DNA of 64,000 bases from Sminthopsis crassicaudata. Its lineage: Eukaryota. Each line of letters begins with the position of its first letter. Position 1 is the stretch's first letter. This document shows, one piece after another, positions 12,641 through 25,210 of the stretch. Made by a program: the position numbers and the translations under genes. The notes beneath the pieces are model-generated. The model saw only the letters and a program-made list of their open reading frames with translations, did no database searches and was not told the DNA's origin. The stretch is taken from contig NC_133622.1 in assembly GCF_048593235.1 (NCBI RefSeq), positions 239,041,198 through 239,105,197 on the forward strand, given 5' to 3'.

Positions 12641-13999
12641 TCAGATAGAGGATAAAAGATCACTGAGGTAAATGAATTTGTATTAAATCTTAACAATAAC
12701 ACCAAAGAAAAGTGTATCAGAAATATGAAATGCAATTTTGAAAAAAAAATATGCAGCAGAATTTCATTACTAATATTTCCCCAACATTTCTCACTCTGGG
12801 TCTGTTTCATAGAATGCCATTTCTCTTAAATGTCAGAATGCTTACAAGCTTACATTGTATTTTTAATAACAATGCATTTTCTTCTTTCAGAAAATAACCT
12901 TCTCCTTTTCCCCCTAACCCAATTAGTTGAAGAGAAATCATAGAGAAAAAGAGAGAGAATGAGACAACTAGCTAGAACTATTTAGAAACAATAGAAATAC
13001 TTAGAAGAAGGCAGAGATAAACACAGGCATAGAATCATAAAATTTTTAAAGGTGAAACAAACTTTTAAAAAGCAGAAGAAAGAAAAGGTAAGGGGAAAAG
13101 AGATTTCTGAATGAAATTATGCCTTTGTTAATTGTTTAGAAAAGAAGCAAAGACAGCATTCCTGATTGAGGTCTTTATCTATGGTCTTTTCTCCTCTCCT
13201 CAGAGAAATGAAATGAAGGCAGAGTAGTGTACTTGTCTATGATCACAAAATTCTTGCCAGAGGTAGAATTACTTTAAATCTATTATTCTATATACTCTGT
13301 CAATATAGAACTATGCTATCTGATGGAAAGGAAAATGAAGGCACAAATGTGAGTGTGCAACATCATCCTAAAAAGAACATGGGTTATCAGAATCACTATA
13401 ACAAAAGTTAAGCAATTACAATGTGAATTGTAGATGAATATAGATGAAAAGATTTAAAAAATAAGTCTATAATAAAATATTATGATTTCATTTGCCTACT
13501 CAGAAAGGCATCATGTATGACTAGCAAGAGGAATGAGTTAAAAACCTTAATACACAGGAGAAATTTGATGTAAAAGTGTCATTGAGAATTGGTGGTCTGA
13601 GAATCATATTTAGCATATAACACTAGAAAAAAAAAACATTACTTAAAATAAACAGGAAATTTAAGTGAAGAGTATGATTCACATAAAATATTGGGAAGAC
13701 ATATTCCCGTGATTATATTAAGGGTGTTGAGAAGCTAGAGAGGGACCATAGTGGATAGTAGATTTATTTAAATATATATATCACCAACTGATCCAGAAAG
13801 TAGTAACTAGGTGAAGTATTTGTGAAAATGATCACGACGTAATACAGAGGCATAATATAAGAACATGTGAATTCATAAGAAATCTATTAAACCTCTGAGC
13901 TCCCTCCTCCAAAAAAAAAATACACATTTATTCCTCTTCTGGCTTTGACTATACTATCCTTCCTCCAAAAGTTGCAGGATCAATACGGATCAATTATAT

Positions 14000-15010
14000 T
14001 CCAGATGTGAGTCTCTTTATTAGAAGGAACTCTTATTGGGTTAGTAAAATGGAAACCTAGGAAAAGTGTCTGCTCCATTATTGAACATTTGAGAGAGAAG
14101 AGAAGATTGATAATAGTTTGATATATATGTTAGACTTTATGAGAGCAGATTGCAAAGGATTCAGAGGCATAAGTGAAAATGATCAAAAGTCTGACTCAGG
14201 AATCTCTCAAGAATGATATTCTATAGAGAAAGATTAAAAAAAAGATGAATTCTTATGACAAAAGAAAGGGAGTTACATGTAAGTAGAATAGTGTGAATTA
14301 AAGGAAAATAATCAAATATTTAACTATGTAAATTACATATAGTAGATGGGTGAATATTGATATACAAGTATGATATAAAAATTTCAGATATAATCTTGTT
14401 AGATTAATGACTTAATTGCAAAACAATCAGAGAATGAATTGAGATTAGTAGGGATCATGAGAGGTTTCATCAGGAAAAAGAGGCTCATTCTATCCAAAGG
14501 AAGGAAGAAAAACATATTATAATCATGGTTAGAGTCCAATGCAAAGTTGTAGAGAGGGAACTTGGAGGACCATGTATGACATATAGAAGAAAGGTCCAGT
14601 TTGATAATGTGGTTGGTAGATGAGTTATCTAATGATGTCTTGTCGTCATTTGATAGTTATCATTTTAAAAACTCACTCGGATAATAGCATAGATTACCTT
14701 CCTGTCAATTTTCAGTGGCTAAAAATCATATTTGTAATGTATATGTGTTGGATATTACTTGTGAAAATAAGGAATAAAATACAATAAGTAATAAACAAAC
14801 AAACAAAAAGCTTAGCAGCCAAAGATATAGTCCAAAATACATAGGATGATATTTTATAAGAAAAGAAAAAAATAAATTTTTGTTCTGGGTTCCACAGATC
14901 AACTCTACAAATATAAGACAAGGGACTCATGGCTAAGTACTATTTCCCCTGAGGTAGGAATGGTTGATTTGGGTCAAGTTGTATAAGGATTTTGAAGCTT
15001 GCAAGTTACA
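14000..15010 (+). mobile_element. CR1/L3 ORF2 relics
   Basis: LDFMRADCKGFR at about 14130 resembles the CR1 LDFRxADF motif. 14835-14960 resembles the late RT region. Confidence 0.5.
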
Positions 15011-15944
15011 ACAGAAGAGAATACATTGTATAATTCAGAATGTATTTTATAATAGTGTAGAAGATGGAATGGAGTAATGAGAGACTTAATATAGGAAGAC
15101 CAATTAGGAGATTGCTTTCATAATCCATTCAAGAAGTGATAAAGACTAAGTTATTAGCTGTGCAAGTGAAGACAAAGGCATCATTTTGATCTATGTTGTA
15201 GGGGAAAAAATATCTAGATTTTACAACTGGTCAGAGAAATTAGATAAAGAAAGAAAAATTCTAGAATACTTATAAATTTATGAACTTGGAAAAGTGGTGG
15301 GAGAGTGTTGTCTATAAAAAGAAAAAAAACTGAAAAGCTTGGAAGAAAAATGGATTTTAGAGGAAAAATTAGCAGTTCAATTTCAGACATATACATATGT
15401 TCATATGTGCGTTTTTAGGTATATGATATACATATAACTGCACACATTGTGTTGTATCTATATGTATATGTGAGGATACACATAGGAGTATGTGTGTACA
15501 TATATGTTGCAAATATATGCACATATAAATAACTATATATAAAGGATATACACATAACAGTCATATAATAGGTGCCCTCTTTATGGATGCACATATATGT
15601 AAAATGTATGAATAAAATGCCACTTGAACTTATTTTATATTCTAGATTTAAGAGAAAGTCATTGGATGTAACTCAGCAGAGTGAATTATTTTACTAGACT
15701 TATACAACAGAAAACCTCCTTTGGTAGCTGTTTAAATAAACCATTGGAGTGGATCCAGGCCTGAGACAAGAGATCAAATAAGAAGGTGATGCAATAATCT
15801 TGGTGACAAATGATGAATATGGTGAGTATGTAAATAGAGAAAATAACTACAAGAAATTTTATTCAGGTATAAATATTAAGTTAACTCAATTATATAAATA
15901 ATATCCTCAAGTATGAAAATTTGAAACAGATAAAGTTGTGGATT

Positions 15945-16850
15945 CATTTTCAGTAATCTTTGAAATATCTCAGAGAACAGGGGAGACACTGAGACATTAG
16001 AGAAAGGCAAATGTTACAATTACTTTAAGGAAATAGAAATTACAAACGTGTAGGTTAATGGGATAATCTTAGATTTTCAATATAGAGAAAATATAAACAT
16101 TAAAACTGTGATTAGTAAACTTTTCAACAAGAAACTGATCATGAAGAATCAGCATATTTAAATGAAAAAGATAAAGGTCAGAAATCCCTGTTTTCTTTTG
16201 GATGATATTTCTAATTTGGTGAGCATAAGCGGAGTATATTTAATAAAAGGTCTAGTTGAGTTTGGTTCAGCCATATATTTGGTGTATCATCATGACAAAG
16301 CACTAAATTATTTCATGGTACATCTAACTCTACAAAATTTTAGGTAATGCACCAATTGATCCTGTATTCACAAGATGGAGTTTTCACAAAGAATTCCCTA
16401 TACAAATGAAATTTTAATTGCACATAGGGTGATGAAGAGTAATTGATTAAAATGACATTGTCATAGGGATGCTTTATGGAAATTTTAGATGAACTATCTT
16501 ATGCAACGTTTATGCTACATGAGAGTAAAATTCTGTGAATTCATAACTACTTGAAAGTTAGATTTAAGTATGACTTATCTACTTATCTAGTTATCTCTTG
16601 TCTACAAAGTCTTAATTATGATTCTATATAGTTGATCTAGGGATAGCTACTTGACAAATTACAGTTTTAGATATTGGTTGTGAGAATAAGGAATCCAAGA
16701 AACTTTATTCAGGCCACAGCAATAGTCCAAAATATTAAGATGGCATTTTAGAAGACAAATATAAATTTTTGTTCTGAGTTTCCATGAATCAACTTTATAA
16801 ATCCCCCCAAAAAAACTCATGGTTAAGAAAAACAAACCAATATGATTTAG
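15945..16850 (+). mobile_element. CR1/L3 RT relic
   Basis: Degenerate SVIFEISQRTG...RKANVT at 15950-16020 matches the CR1 IFEKSWxTG..W.KANVT motif. Confidence 0.6.
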
Positions 16851-16940
16851 AGGGTTAAACATTTAATATGAATTATTAGTACTCTATAGAAGCAAAGTAA
16901 TGTTATGAATATTTTGGGACAATTAAGAGAACATATCACC

Positions 16941-17088
16941 NNNNNNNNNNNNNNNNNNNNNNNNNNNNNNNNNNNNNNNNNNNNNNNNNNNNNNNNNNNN
17001 NNNNNNNNNNNNNNNNNNNNNNNNNNNNNNNNNNNNNNNNNNNNNNNNNNNNNNNNNNNNNNNNNNNNNNNNNNNNNNNNNNNNNNNN
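16941..17088. other. Assembly gap
   Basis: Run of N. Confidence 1.
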
Positions 17089-17529
17089 NATAATAATTAG
17101 TATTATTCTCAGTCCTGTGTACCTTTATGAACAATGGTTTAAATTTATATCAAAGGAAGATCAGTTAAAATTATGGAGAATTAAATAATTAATGAGAAGT
17201 TGAAGAAAAAGCCTTATAACTATATTCATGTATTTCAAGGATTGTCTAGTAAGTCAATCAGTCAATTCAAAAGCATCAGTTAAAATTTATGGAAAAAGAA
17301 TGAAATGGTATGATCCATGTGTAAGCTAATCAGTGTGGTAGCTGGTAGAGAGAGATTAATCCCAGAAAAGAAGGAAGGACCAATAGATAAATATTACAAA
17401 GAGACTAACTTAGTTTTAATAGAAATTTCAATTTCATTTAGAGCTTTTCATTTCTTTCATTAGTTTTCTTGAAACCAAGTGTCTTAAAGTAAGGACTCTA
17501 AAAAATCATAAAGTTAAATGTAGGAAGGT

Positions 17530-17660
17530 NNNNNNNNNNNNNNNNNNNNNNNNNNNNNNNNNNNNNNNNNNNNNNNNNNNNNNNNNNNNNNNNNNNNNNN
17601 NNNNNNNNNNNNNNNNNNNNNNNNNNNNNNNNNNNNNNNNNNNNNNNNNNNNNNNNNNNN
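17530..17660. other. Assembly gap about 40 bp upstream of the first OR start
   Basis: Run of N. Confidence 1.
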
Positions 17661-17701
17661 GCTGTATTTGTATGATTTTGAAATTCTCTCCACAAGAAAT
17701 T

Positions 17702-18646
17702 ATGATGAAAGCTAACCAAAATCAGAGTGCTACCGTGATCTTCATCCTCTTAGGATTCTCTGATTATCCAGATCTCCAAATACCCCTCTTCCTGGTGTTC
17801 CTGGCCATCTATATGGTGACTGTGGTGGGAAATTTGGGCATGATTGTGATCATAAGATGCAATCCTAAACTCCACACTCCAATGTATTTTTTCCTCAGTC
17901 ACTTGTCTTTTATAGATTTCTGTTACTCCACTATAGTTACACCCAAATTTTTAGAAATCTTAGTTGTGGAAGATAGAAGTGTCTCATTCATTGGCTGCAT
18001 CATGCAATTTTCTTTTGCTGTTACTTGTGTGGTGACAGAGATGTTCATGTTGGCCGTCATGGCCTATGATCGGTTTGTAGCCATTTGTAATCCTTTACTA
18101 TATACAGTTACTATGTCCCAAAAACTTTGCACTCTTCTGGTCACCATATCATATTCTTGGGGCCTAATTTCTTGTGTGGTCTTTACTTACTCTCTCCTTA
18201 TTTTGTCTTTTTGTGGGATTAACATCATCAATAATATACTCTGTGAGTATTCTGCCATCTTTTCTGCTTCCTACTCTGATAAACACTTGACTGAGGTACT
18301 TCTTTTTAGTCTTTCAAATTTTAATACCTTTTGTACTCTTACCATTATACTTACCTCCTATCTCTTTATTTTTGTAACTATCATGAAAATGCCTTCAACC
18401 AGTGGAAGGCATAAGGCCTTCTCTACCTGTGCCTCTCACTTGACCGCTGTTACCATTTTCTTTGGGACTATCTTGTGCCTCTACTGTGTGCCCAGTTCCA
18501 AAAGCTCATGGCTCATAATCAGAGTGAGCACTGTTTTTTATACAGTAGTGATTCCCATGTTGAATCCACTAATATACAGTCTCAGGAACAAAGACGTAAA
18601 GGAAACATTCATGAAATTAATGAATATGAAATTATTCTCCCACTAA
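17702..18646 (+). CDS. Olfactory receptor, OR5D-like (resembles OR5D13), intact, 314 aa
   Basis: Single-exon 7TM ORF with NQS glycosylation site, [33 protein letters not shown] and [12 protein letters not shown]. The start at 17702 is preferred over 17672 by homology with the paralogs. Confidence 0.96.
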   Translation: MMKANQNQSATVIFILLGFSDYPDLQIPLFLVFLAIYMVTVVGNLGMIVIIRCNPKLHTPMYFFLSHLSFIDFCYSTIVTPKFLEILVVEDRSVSFIGCIMQFSFAVTCVVTEMFMLAVMAYDRFVAICNPLLYTVTMSQKLCTLLVTISYSWGLISCVVFTYSLLILSFCGINIINNILCEYSAIFSASYSDKHLTEVLLFSLSNFNTFCTLTIILTSYLFIFVTIMKMPSTSGRHKAFSTCASHLTAVTIFFGTILCLYCVPSSKSSWLIIRVSTVFYTVVIPMLNPLIYSLRNKDVKETFMKLMNMKLFSH

Positions 18647-19688
18647 AATTATTATATCAATGGTATATTTACTTCTTAAGTGATACTACATGAATTGATC
18701 ATGATATTTAATTAGCAAACTCATTCTTATTGTCCATTTTGTCTAGTATTCTGATATTTGGCATTACAACCATCTGAATTGTGTATATGAATATGTAAAT
18801 GAAGAAGAGATGTGTAAAATAAAGGGAGAAAATCACAAGAAGAAAAAAAAAAAACAATGTCAAGTGTAATGGCAACAACAACAAACAATAACATTCAGGA
18901 ATGATAACATTAAAATACACTTCTAACTTATTCTAAAATATAGAGCTAGGTTCAAGATCATATCGAAAGGCAAACATCTTAAATTTGGAGGTAAATAATT
19001 TTTTTTTCAATAAATTGGAAGTTGTTTTATTCAATGAATCTTCTCATCTCTCATTAAAAACAAAACAAAACAAAACAAAACAAAGGTAACAATGAAGTGA
19101 CAGAATAATAATGCAGAAAGTAAATTTGATAGCACTCATTTACACCAACAGTTGAGGACACACTGGAGTCGATGATGATGACACTGATAACACTATTAAG
19201 TCCTGATTTGTAGTGTTTGATCATTCATAAGGTATGTGAACACAATGAAGAACTAACAATCAGATTTAATAAGCCAACAAAAAGTTGTTTCAACATAATA
19301 CATTTGACATGTAGTAATGTGTGTGTTTATGCATGTATGTGTGTGTATTTCTTGGGTCCAACCTCATGGATTAAAAATGTACAATGTTAAAGTACTATTT
19401 TGAAATGTAATTGCAATAAGATTTTGTATTACTTTGAGAGGAGGAAAATCTTTACGCATTCAACTTTGGGATAAAAGGTAAAAAAGAGATATTTTTAATT
19501 AAACATAGAAAAAGAGTTTGAAGATTCAAAATTATATATGTTAATTCTTTAAAAATTGTATTTCAATATATATATTTTCATAAAAATCACTATAAAATGT
19601 TTAAGTATATTACACAAATTTATCAGAATAACACTCAAGATTCTATAAATAAATGTGACCTTATTTTAAAAAAATCTCGATAATGACC

Positions 19689-19691
<3 letters not shown>

Positions 19692-19761
<70 letters not shown>

Positions 19762-19780
19762 GTGTGTATATATATATATA
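19692..19780. repeat. (TA)n microsatellite
   Basis: Seen directly. Confidence 0.98.
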
Positions 19781-20419
19781 TTCAAACTTGATAAGAATTA
19801 AAATACAATTCTAAAAACATCCCAAGATGTATTATTCACAATTAATTTTAAAATACAATTTAAAAAACAAAGTTGATAACATTTTGTACAATACTATGCT
19901 GTTTTTAACTTCTGTGATGGTCTTGAAAATAATATACAATTTTAATGAGAACTTAAAAAAAACCCTGTTGATTCTATGAATATGAACAAACACTAATGTA
20001 TAGGCAAAACAGGATGAAACAGTAATTTAAAAACTGAAGTCATTTAATTATTTTCCAGCTAATGTGTGCTTTAAAAATTAAAATATACATAGTAGAAGCT
20101 TATCAATTCATATGTTTTAAAACTTACTTTATATCTTTTCTCACTTTTTTGTGACATATTTTTGCTTGTATTAGGAAAACATAATGTAATATAACATTTA
20201 TATGAAAAATAAAAGAAAGTGAAATTCTTGAAAATGTGGTAAAGTTTATAGAGACAATTAAGTTGTTGAAGTGGAATAGTTGATCTTAGGGTGACTTGGT
20301 ATAAAGGGAACATAGTTATAAGTTGAAATCAATAGAATTTAAATGATGACTTGGAAGTAAAGAGTTTCTTTCTCCATGAAATTATCCATATAGATAAAAA
20401 AGTGATTTTCCTAAGAAAC

Positions 20420-20715
20420 AGGTATGACCATGCCAATCTCTCACTTATTGAATTTTAGTGGCTCCCTATTTTGTCCAGTATAAACTCTGATTTTTTTTTT
20501 TCTCTTGATAACCTGGTCCCAAATTACTTCTCTACTTTAATCTACATTATTCATTACAATTCCATAATTGGGTCAAACTTACCTTCTTATTGTCAAATAA
20601 AATTATTTGATCTTTCATCTTCATGCCTTTGCACTTATCTCCACATGCTAACAACATCCTATTCTATAGTAGGTTTTCAGTAATTGATTTTTGATTGATT
20701 AATGATTAATTGATT
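20420..20715 (+). mobile_element. L2 3' fragment
   Basis: gaccatgccaatctc...agtggctccctatt...ttgattaatgattaattgatt resembles the L2 3' region and tail. Confidence 0.55.
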
Positions 20716-21173
20716 ATCTTTGCATATGAAGATGTGTGATTAAATTTCAGGATTGGAGATATTTTAGGAAAGAAATTACTATCATATGCTTCCTAGGGCA
20801 AAGTCAAACGTGAAACACTGGTGAAATTACTCAGTTCAAGAGTTTGAGAAGAAATGGTTTTTAGGGTGTGTTTCCCAAAGCTGGCTCCTGGTGTTCTGAT
20901 TAAGAGAGCAAAAAAAGTTTTATAGTACTACCTCATAAACATGGTGATTGCCAGAAGACTCCTTTAGTTTCCAAGTATCACAATTTCATTTGAGAGCTCT
21001 TTCTCCATCCTTCAAGGGTGGATCCAGGGCACAATTTTTGGATTTCATCCAGAGTGACATATTTCCTTTTATGTACAATGTTCCTTCTTAGGAAAATTTC
21101 TAGTCTCTATGTTTCATAATATCAAACCACTTGCTGGCCATCTCTAACTCTATGCCATATCACTAGTTGCAAA

Positions 21174-21175
<2 letters not shown>

Positions 21176-21234
<59 letters not shown>

Positions 21235-21247
21235 ACACACACACACA
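21176..21247. repeat. (CA)n microsatellite
   Basis: Seen directly. Confidence 0.98.
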
Positions 21248-21629
21248 CTTTCATATCTATCTCTATAGTATTTTATAGTATAGCTCCCATAAAGAGCATG
21301 GAATTTTCTTTTTTATTATCTATGAAATTGCTTAGAGGGAACCTGGCAGGCTTATTTTATTTTAGATCAGATTTTGACATTAAATAAGACATTTATAGAT
21401 AAGTGAAAAGTTAAGAAAAGGAGATTTCGTCAGGATCAACACAGGAATGGCATTCAACAATGACACAATATTATTTAAGTTGTATAGGCAGAAACCCTCT
21501 CATTTCATTGTGGTTATGAAGCTAACCAACAAGACATGTCCTCATGACTCATTAGGTCTTGGAATCACACTCATGTCTAAAAAGGCTCTAATACTACATG
21601 GAGTGCTCTTTAAATGCCCTTAAGTGAAT

Positions 21630-21806
21630 AAGAATCAAGGTCGATATGGGCAAAGAATACCAAATGCTTTTTTAATCTGAAAAAAAAAATGGAACTTTTG
21701 AACTTTTCCTACCTCCAGGTAAGAATCAGGGTCAATATGGGCAGAGGATACCAATCACTTTTTCACTCTGAAAAATGGAACTTTTGAATTTTTCCCACCT
21801 CCAGGT
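21630..21806. repeat. Two-copy tandem duplication (91 bp and 86 bp)
   Basis: aagaatca.ggtc.atatgggca...ggaacttttgaa.tttcc.acctccaggt occurs at 21630-21720 and 21721-21806. Confidence 0.92.
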
Positions 21807-22217
21807 TAATCATACTCTATTTTTGATTTGTGAAAAATGTTTATGAAAAACAAAAGCAAAAACAAAACAAACAATTAATCTAACTCTTGTTTGGGGAGGA
21901 ATGAGAATATTAAAATCATCTCTGCCTTTGATTTCTCTGCCTTAACACTTTTTCCATGCTACCTACTCTATCATAATTATTGTCTTCACCTATATATATC
22001 TACATCTCTTACATTTATATCTCTACTATTTAGCATATGCCTCAAAAATGATAAGTGCTTTAATATGATTTTTATTCATTGATTCATATTATGTCAATTT
22101 TTTGAAGAATATATAGATATAGATAGACTGAGATGACAGACAAGTGTTTATATTAGATTCTAGCACTAATACATAAAATATAATCATATAAGCACATATA
22201 TCTATCTATTTATGTGT

Positions 22218-22226
22218 TTATATATA

Positions 22227-22286
<60 letters not shown>

Positions 22287-22297
22287 CATACATACAT
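22218..22297. repeat. (TA)n/(CATA)n microsatellite
   Basis: Seen directly. Confidence 0.95.
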
Positions 22298-22789
22298 ATA
22301 TCTCCCATCTCCCTTGGGTCAAGCACAATGAATAGTAATCACCAGTGCACATTAATTTATTAGTTAACTCTTCTTCCAAATTAAAATGACTACTTTCCCA
22401 TAGTAACCCATCTTTAAAGAATAAACAGGAGCCAAAAAGTTGTTTTCTCAAGCTCTTTAACATATTTAATGCATTAGCATTTTATACAATAGCAAATTAG
22501 TAGAGGAAATCTTTCCATGCAATTTTTAGGGTATACCTGCTTCTGTCTTTCCTGCTCTTGATTTTAAAACATTTTTCACATTTACTTGACTTTTCAATTT
22601 TATGTCTTTCATATTCTTTAATGAACCACTTCTAAAGATCACTTCTTTCATTCTCCCCAAAAGGAATCAGAGTGACTCCTGACAGAAATCTGAGTGCTGT
22701 GACTTCATCTGGTCCCATGAGTATAATCATCATTCTATATCTATATACCTAGCCTTGGTATTTCTGCTGAGCTACAATCATACATCACT

Positions 22790-23010
22790 GACATTTAAGC
22801 ATCAACAATTTGGATGTGCTACAAGTGCTATACGTGAAGTCAACGTGACCAAAATGGAATTCTTTTATCTTGTCTCCAAAGCCTTCTCTCTCCATTTATG
22901 AATTTTCTTATCCTTGTCAAGGGCTCCACTAGGATCCTCTCAGTGATCCAGTCTCAATATATCAGAGTCATCCTTGAGATCTCATTTTCATTTATCCCAT
23001 AGCCAATGTT
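22790..23010 (+). mobile_element. L2 fragment
   Basis: gtcaacgtgaccaaaatggaattctt...agagtcatccttga resembles the 3' part of L2 ORF2. Confidence 0.55.
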
Positions 23011-23103
23011 ATGGATTTTTTTTTCGGTATTTGTTTCTGTTATAGGATCCAGCTATATTAACCTTTTTACTGTTATTTGAATTGTATACTTTGTCCTTTG
23101 TAT

Positions 23104-23270
23104 NNNNNNNNNNNNNNNNNNNNNNNNNNNNNNNNNNNNNNNNNNNNNNNNNNNNNNNNNNNNNNNNNNNNNNNNNNNNNNNNNNNNNNNNNNNNNNNNN
23201 NNNNNNNNNNNNNNNNNNNNNNNNNNNNNNNNNNNNNNNNNNNNNNNNNNNNNNNNNNNNNNNNNNNNNN
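23104..23270. other. Assembly gap
   Basis: Run of N. Confidence 1.
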
Positions 23271-23816
23271 TTTTACACTGATTGACCATTGACATTCAAC
23301 CATGTAATGATTGTAAAATCCTTTACCAATGTGGAATTGAAAATTCCCTTCTTCTAGATGTTTCTTGATATCTATGTGATCGCTAAAGTGGGAAATTTGG
23401 AGATGATTATATTGATCAGTTTCTATCTCAAACTTGAAACACCTATATACTCCTATTTTCCCTGAGCCACTTGTCAAATGAGATTTGGCTAGAGTTGAGG
23501 GGAGGAGCTGATTGGAATTTTTCTCCCAAAATTGTTACAAAAAGTTATTAAAAAATAGAACTGTCTCAGCCATTTATATGGTGACTGAGACTGTAATTTT
23601 AGGATGATGGTCTATAGTAGTGTAGTCTACTACTATATAGACTTAATATCTATGCTATATCTGAGCTTATATCTGAGCCTTTATGGTCCCTATTTAATGC
23701 TATTATTATTGTTATATTTATGTATTCTCCTTTATATTGACATTTTAGGGACTATATTGAGTTTAATGATTATTTAAACAATAATAATCTACTGTTGCAT
23801 TTATTTTGCTCACTGA

Positions 23817-24058
23817 GGGCAGTTAGGTGGTTTAATAAAGAGAGCACAGGACTTGAATTCATAGATATTCCCTTCATGATTTTATGTCCTAACCCAGACA
23901 CTTACTAGCTACATAACCCTGAGCAAGTCAACCATGTTTGCTTCAGTTTTCCCATTTGTAGAATAAGCTGGAGAAGAAAATGGCAAAGCATTCCAGTATC
24001 TTTGCCAAGAAAACTCCATATGAAAGTTACAAAAGATTTGGTTATGACAACAAAAACA
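23817..24058 (+). mobile_element. MAR1-type CORE-SINE
   Basis: tRNA-like head gggcagttaggtgg, CORE block, and an RTE-derived tail ggagaagaaaatggcaaagcattccagtatctttgccaagaaaac. Confidence 0.8.
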
Positions 24059-24989
24059 AAATTTCACATTTATATTGATAAAAATGTATTTTTAACTAGA
24101 TACATATTAGATAAAAGGAAAATAAACATCTAAATAGAATCTAAATAGAATTGAATGGGTTAAAAGCTATCCCATTTTCAAATTTACCCAGGAGACATCA
24201 AGTTCTTATTAATACCTTACTTTATTGTCCACGGAGAAAAATGAGAAGATATTCTCTAGAGTCTAGTTCTCAAGAGTCCTAGAAGCATATATAAGTTTCC
24301 CAGCACTGTTTTTTTTTTTTTTAAATAGAAAGTTCAGGTACAGTATAAAATTTTGTTTCTTCTCTTTTTTTGCCTACTCAGAGCTATCATATGAAATGAA
24401 GAGAACTCTTTGCTTGTTGCCCTCTCTATTTACATTTCTCTTGTTTGATATTATCAGTGTATGCCCACTACTGGCCTAAAACTATAGTTATACAAATTAT
24501 TTTTTAGTTTTATATCATCGTAGAAACAGTTTTACCTTCATAAGGCCTATTTATAATGACTCATAGCTAAGAAATAAATTATTCTGAAATATTCATTTTC
24601 TGGTGAGTCAATTTACTTCCATCGTTGTCTTCTCATTAATGCCCAGACTAGAAAATTCCCTCTGAAATTCATGTCTATTCATCAATTATCATTTGTAAAG
24701 TTTCCACAGATCAATCAGCGATGACTTTATAGACCAAGAAGGTAAGTGTAATCTAAAATGGACATGTAAATGTTATCATCAATGAAATGATACATCTATT
24801 GAATAATGATAACTGTAGGGGGAAAAAGTCATTGAACATAATTTGACCTCAAGTGATTTAGAGTCCATTTAAGAAGATAGGACATTATATTAAAGAATAA
24901 AATTCTAGAACAACTAGCAACAGTTAAAGGCCCAGTGAGTAATATATGAATAGTTGTATAGAAATTTAGCAAAGTGATTCATCTCTGAG

Positions 24990-25210
24990 ATGAAATTCCC
25001 CAGGGTATGGGCTAAAGATGTGTAGGTGAGACAGGAGAATATCCCATGGCAGAAGGGTGTTGGTCAAATGAAGTTGTATTTGATTTTCCCTAAGAGGCCC
25101 ATATTGACTTCTGTTTTATTGGGATGTGGGATGTAGGGTACTCCATTTTCTCCTTCTTATTAATAGCAGAGACAATTAAGTTGACTCTCATACAATTGTC
25201 ATTAAGTGCT
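24990..25210 (+). promoter_or_regulatory. Candidate promoter of the 27760 OR gene
   Basis: Three O/E-like sites: TCCCCAGGGT (24997), TCCCATGGCA (25042), TCCCTAAGAG (25087). Homeodomain TAATGA on the minus strand at 25199-25204. Confidence 0.45.

Noticed and set aside
23073-23477. 134-aa minus-strand ORF with HIDIKKHLE, vaguely like a zinc-finger or transposase segment
   Set aside because: Much of its length is N gap, and no family motif can be supported from the remainder.
13491-24382. Identical 14-mer tttgcctactcaga upstream of two ORs (13491, 24369), acceptor-like
   Set aside because: Several 14-mer matches are expected by chance in 64 kb, and flanking similarity is weak.
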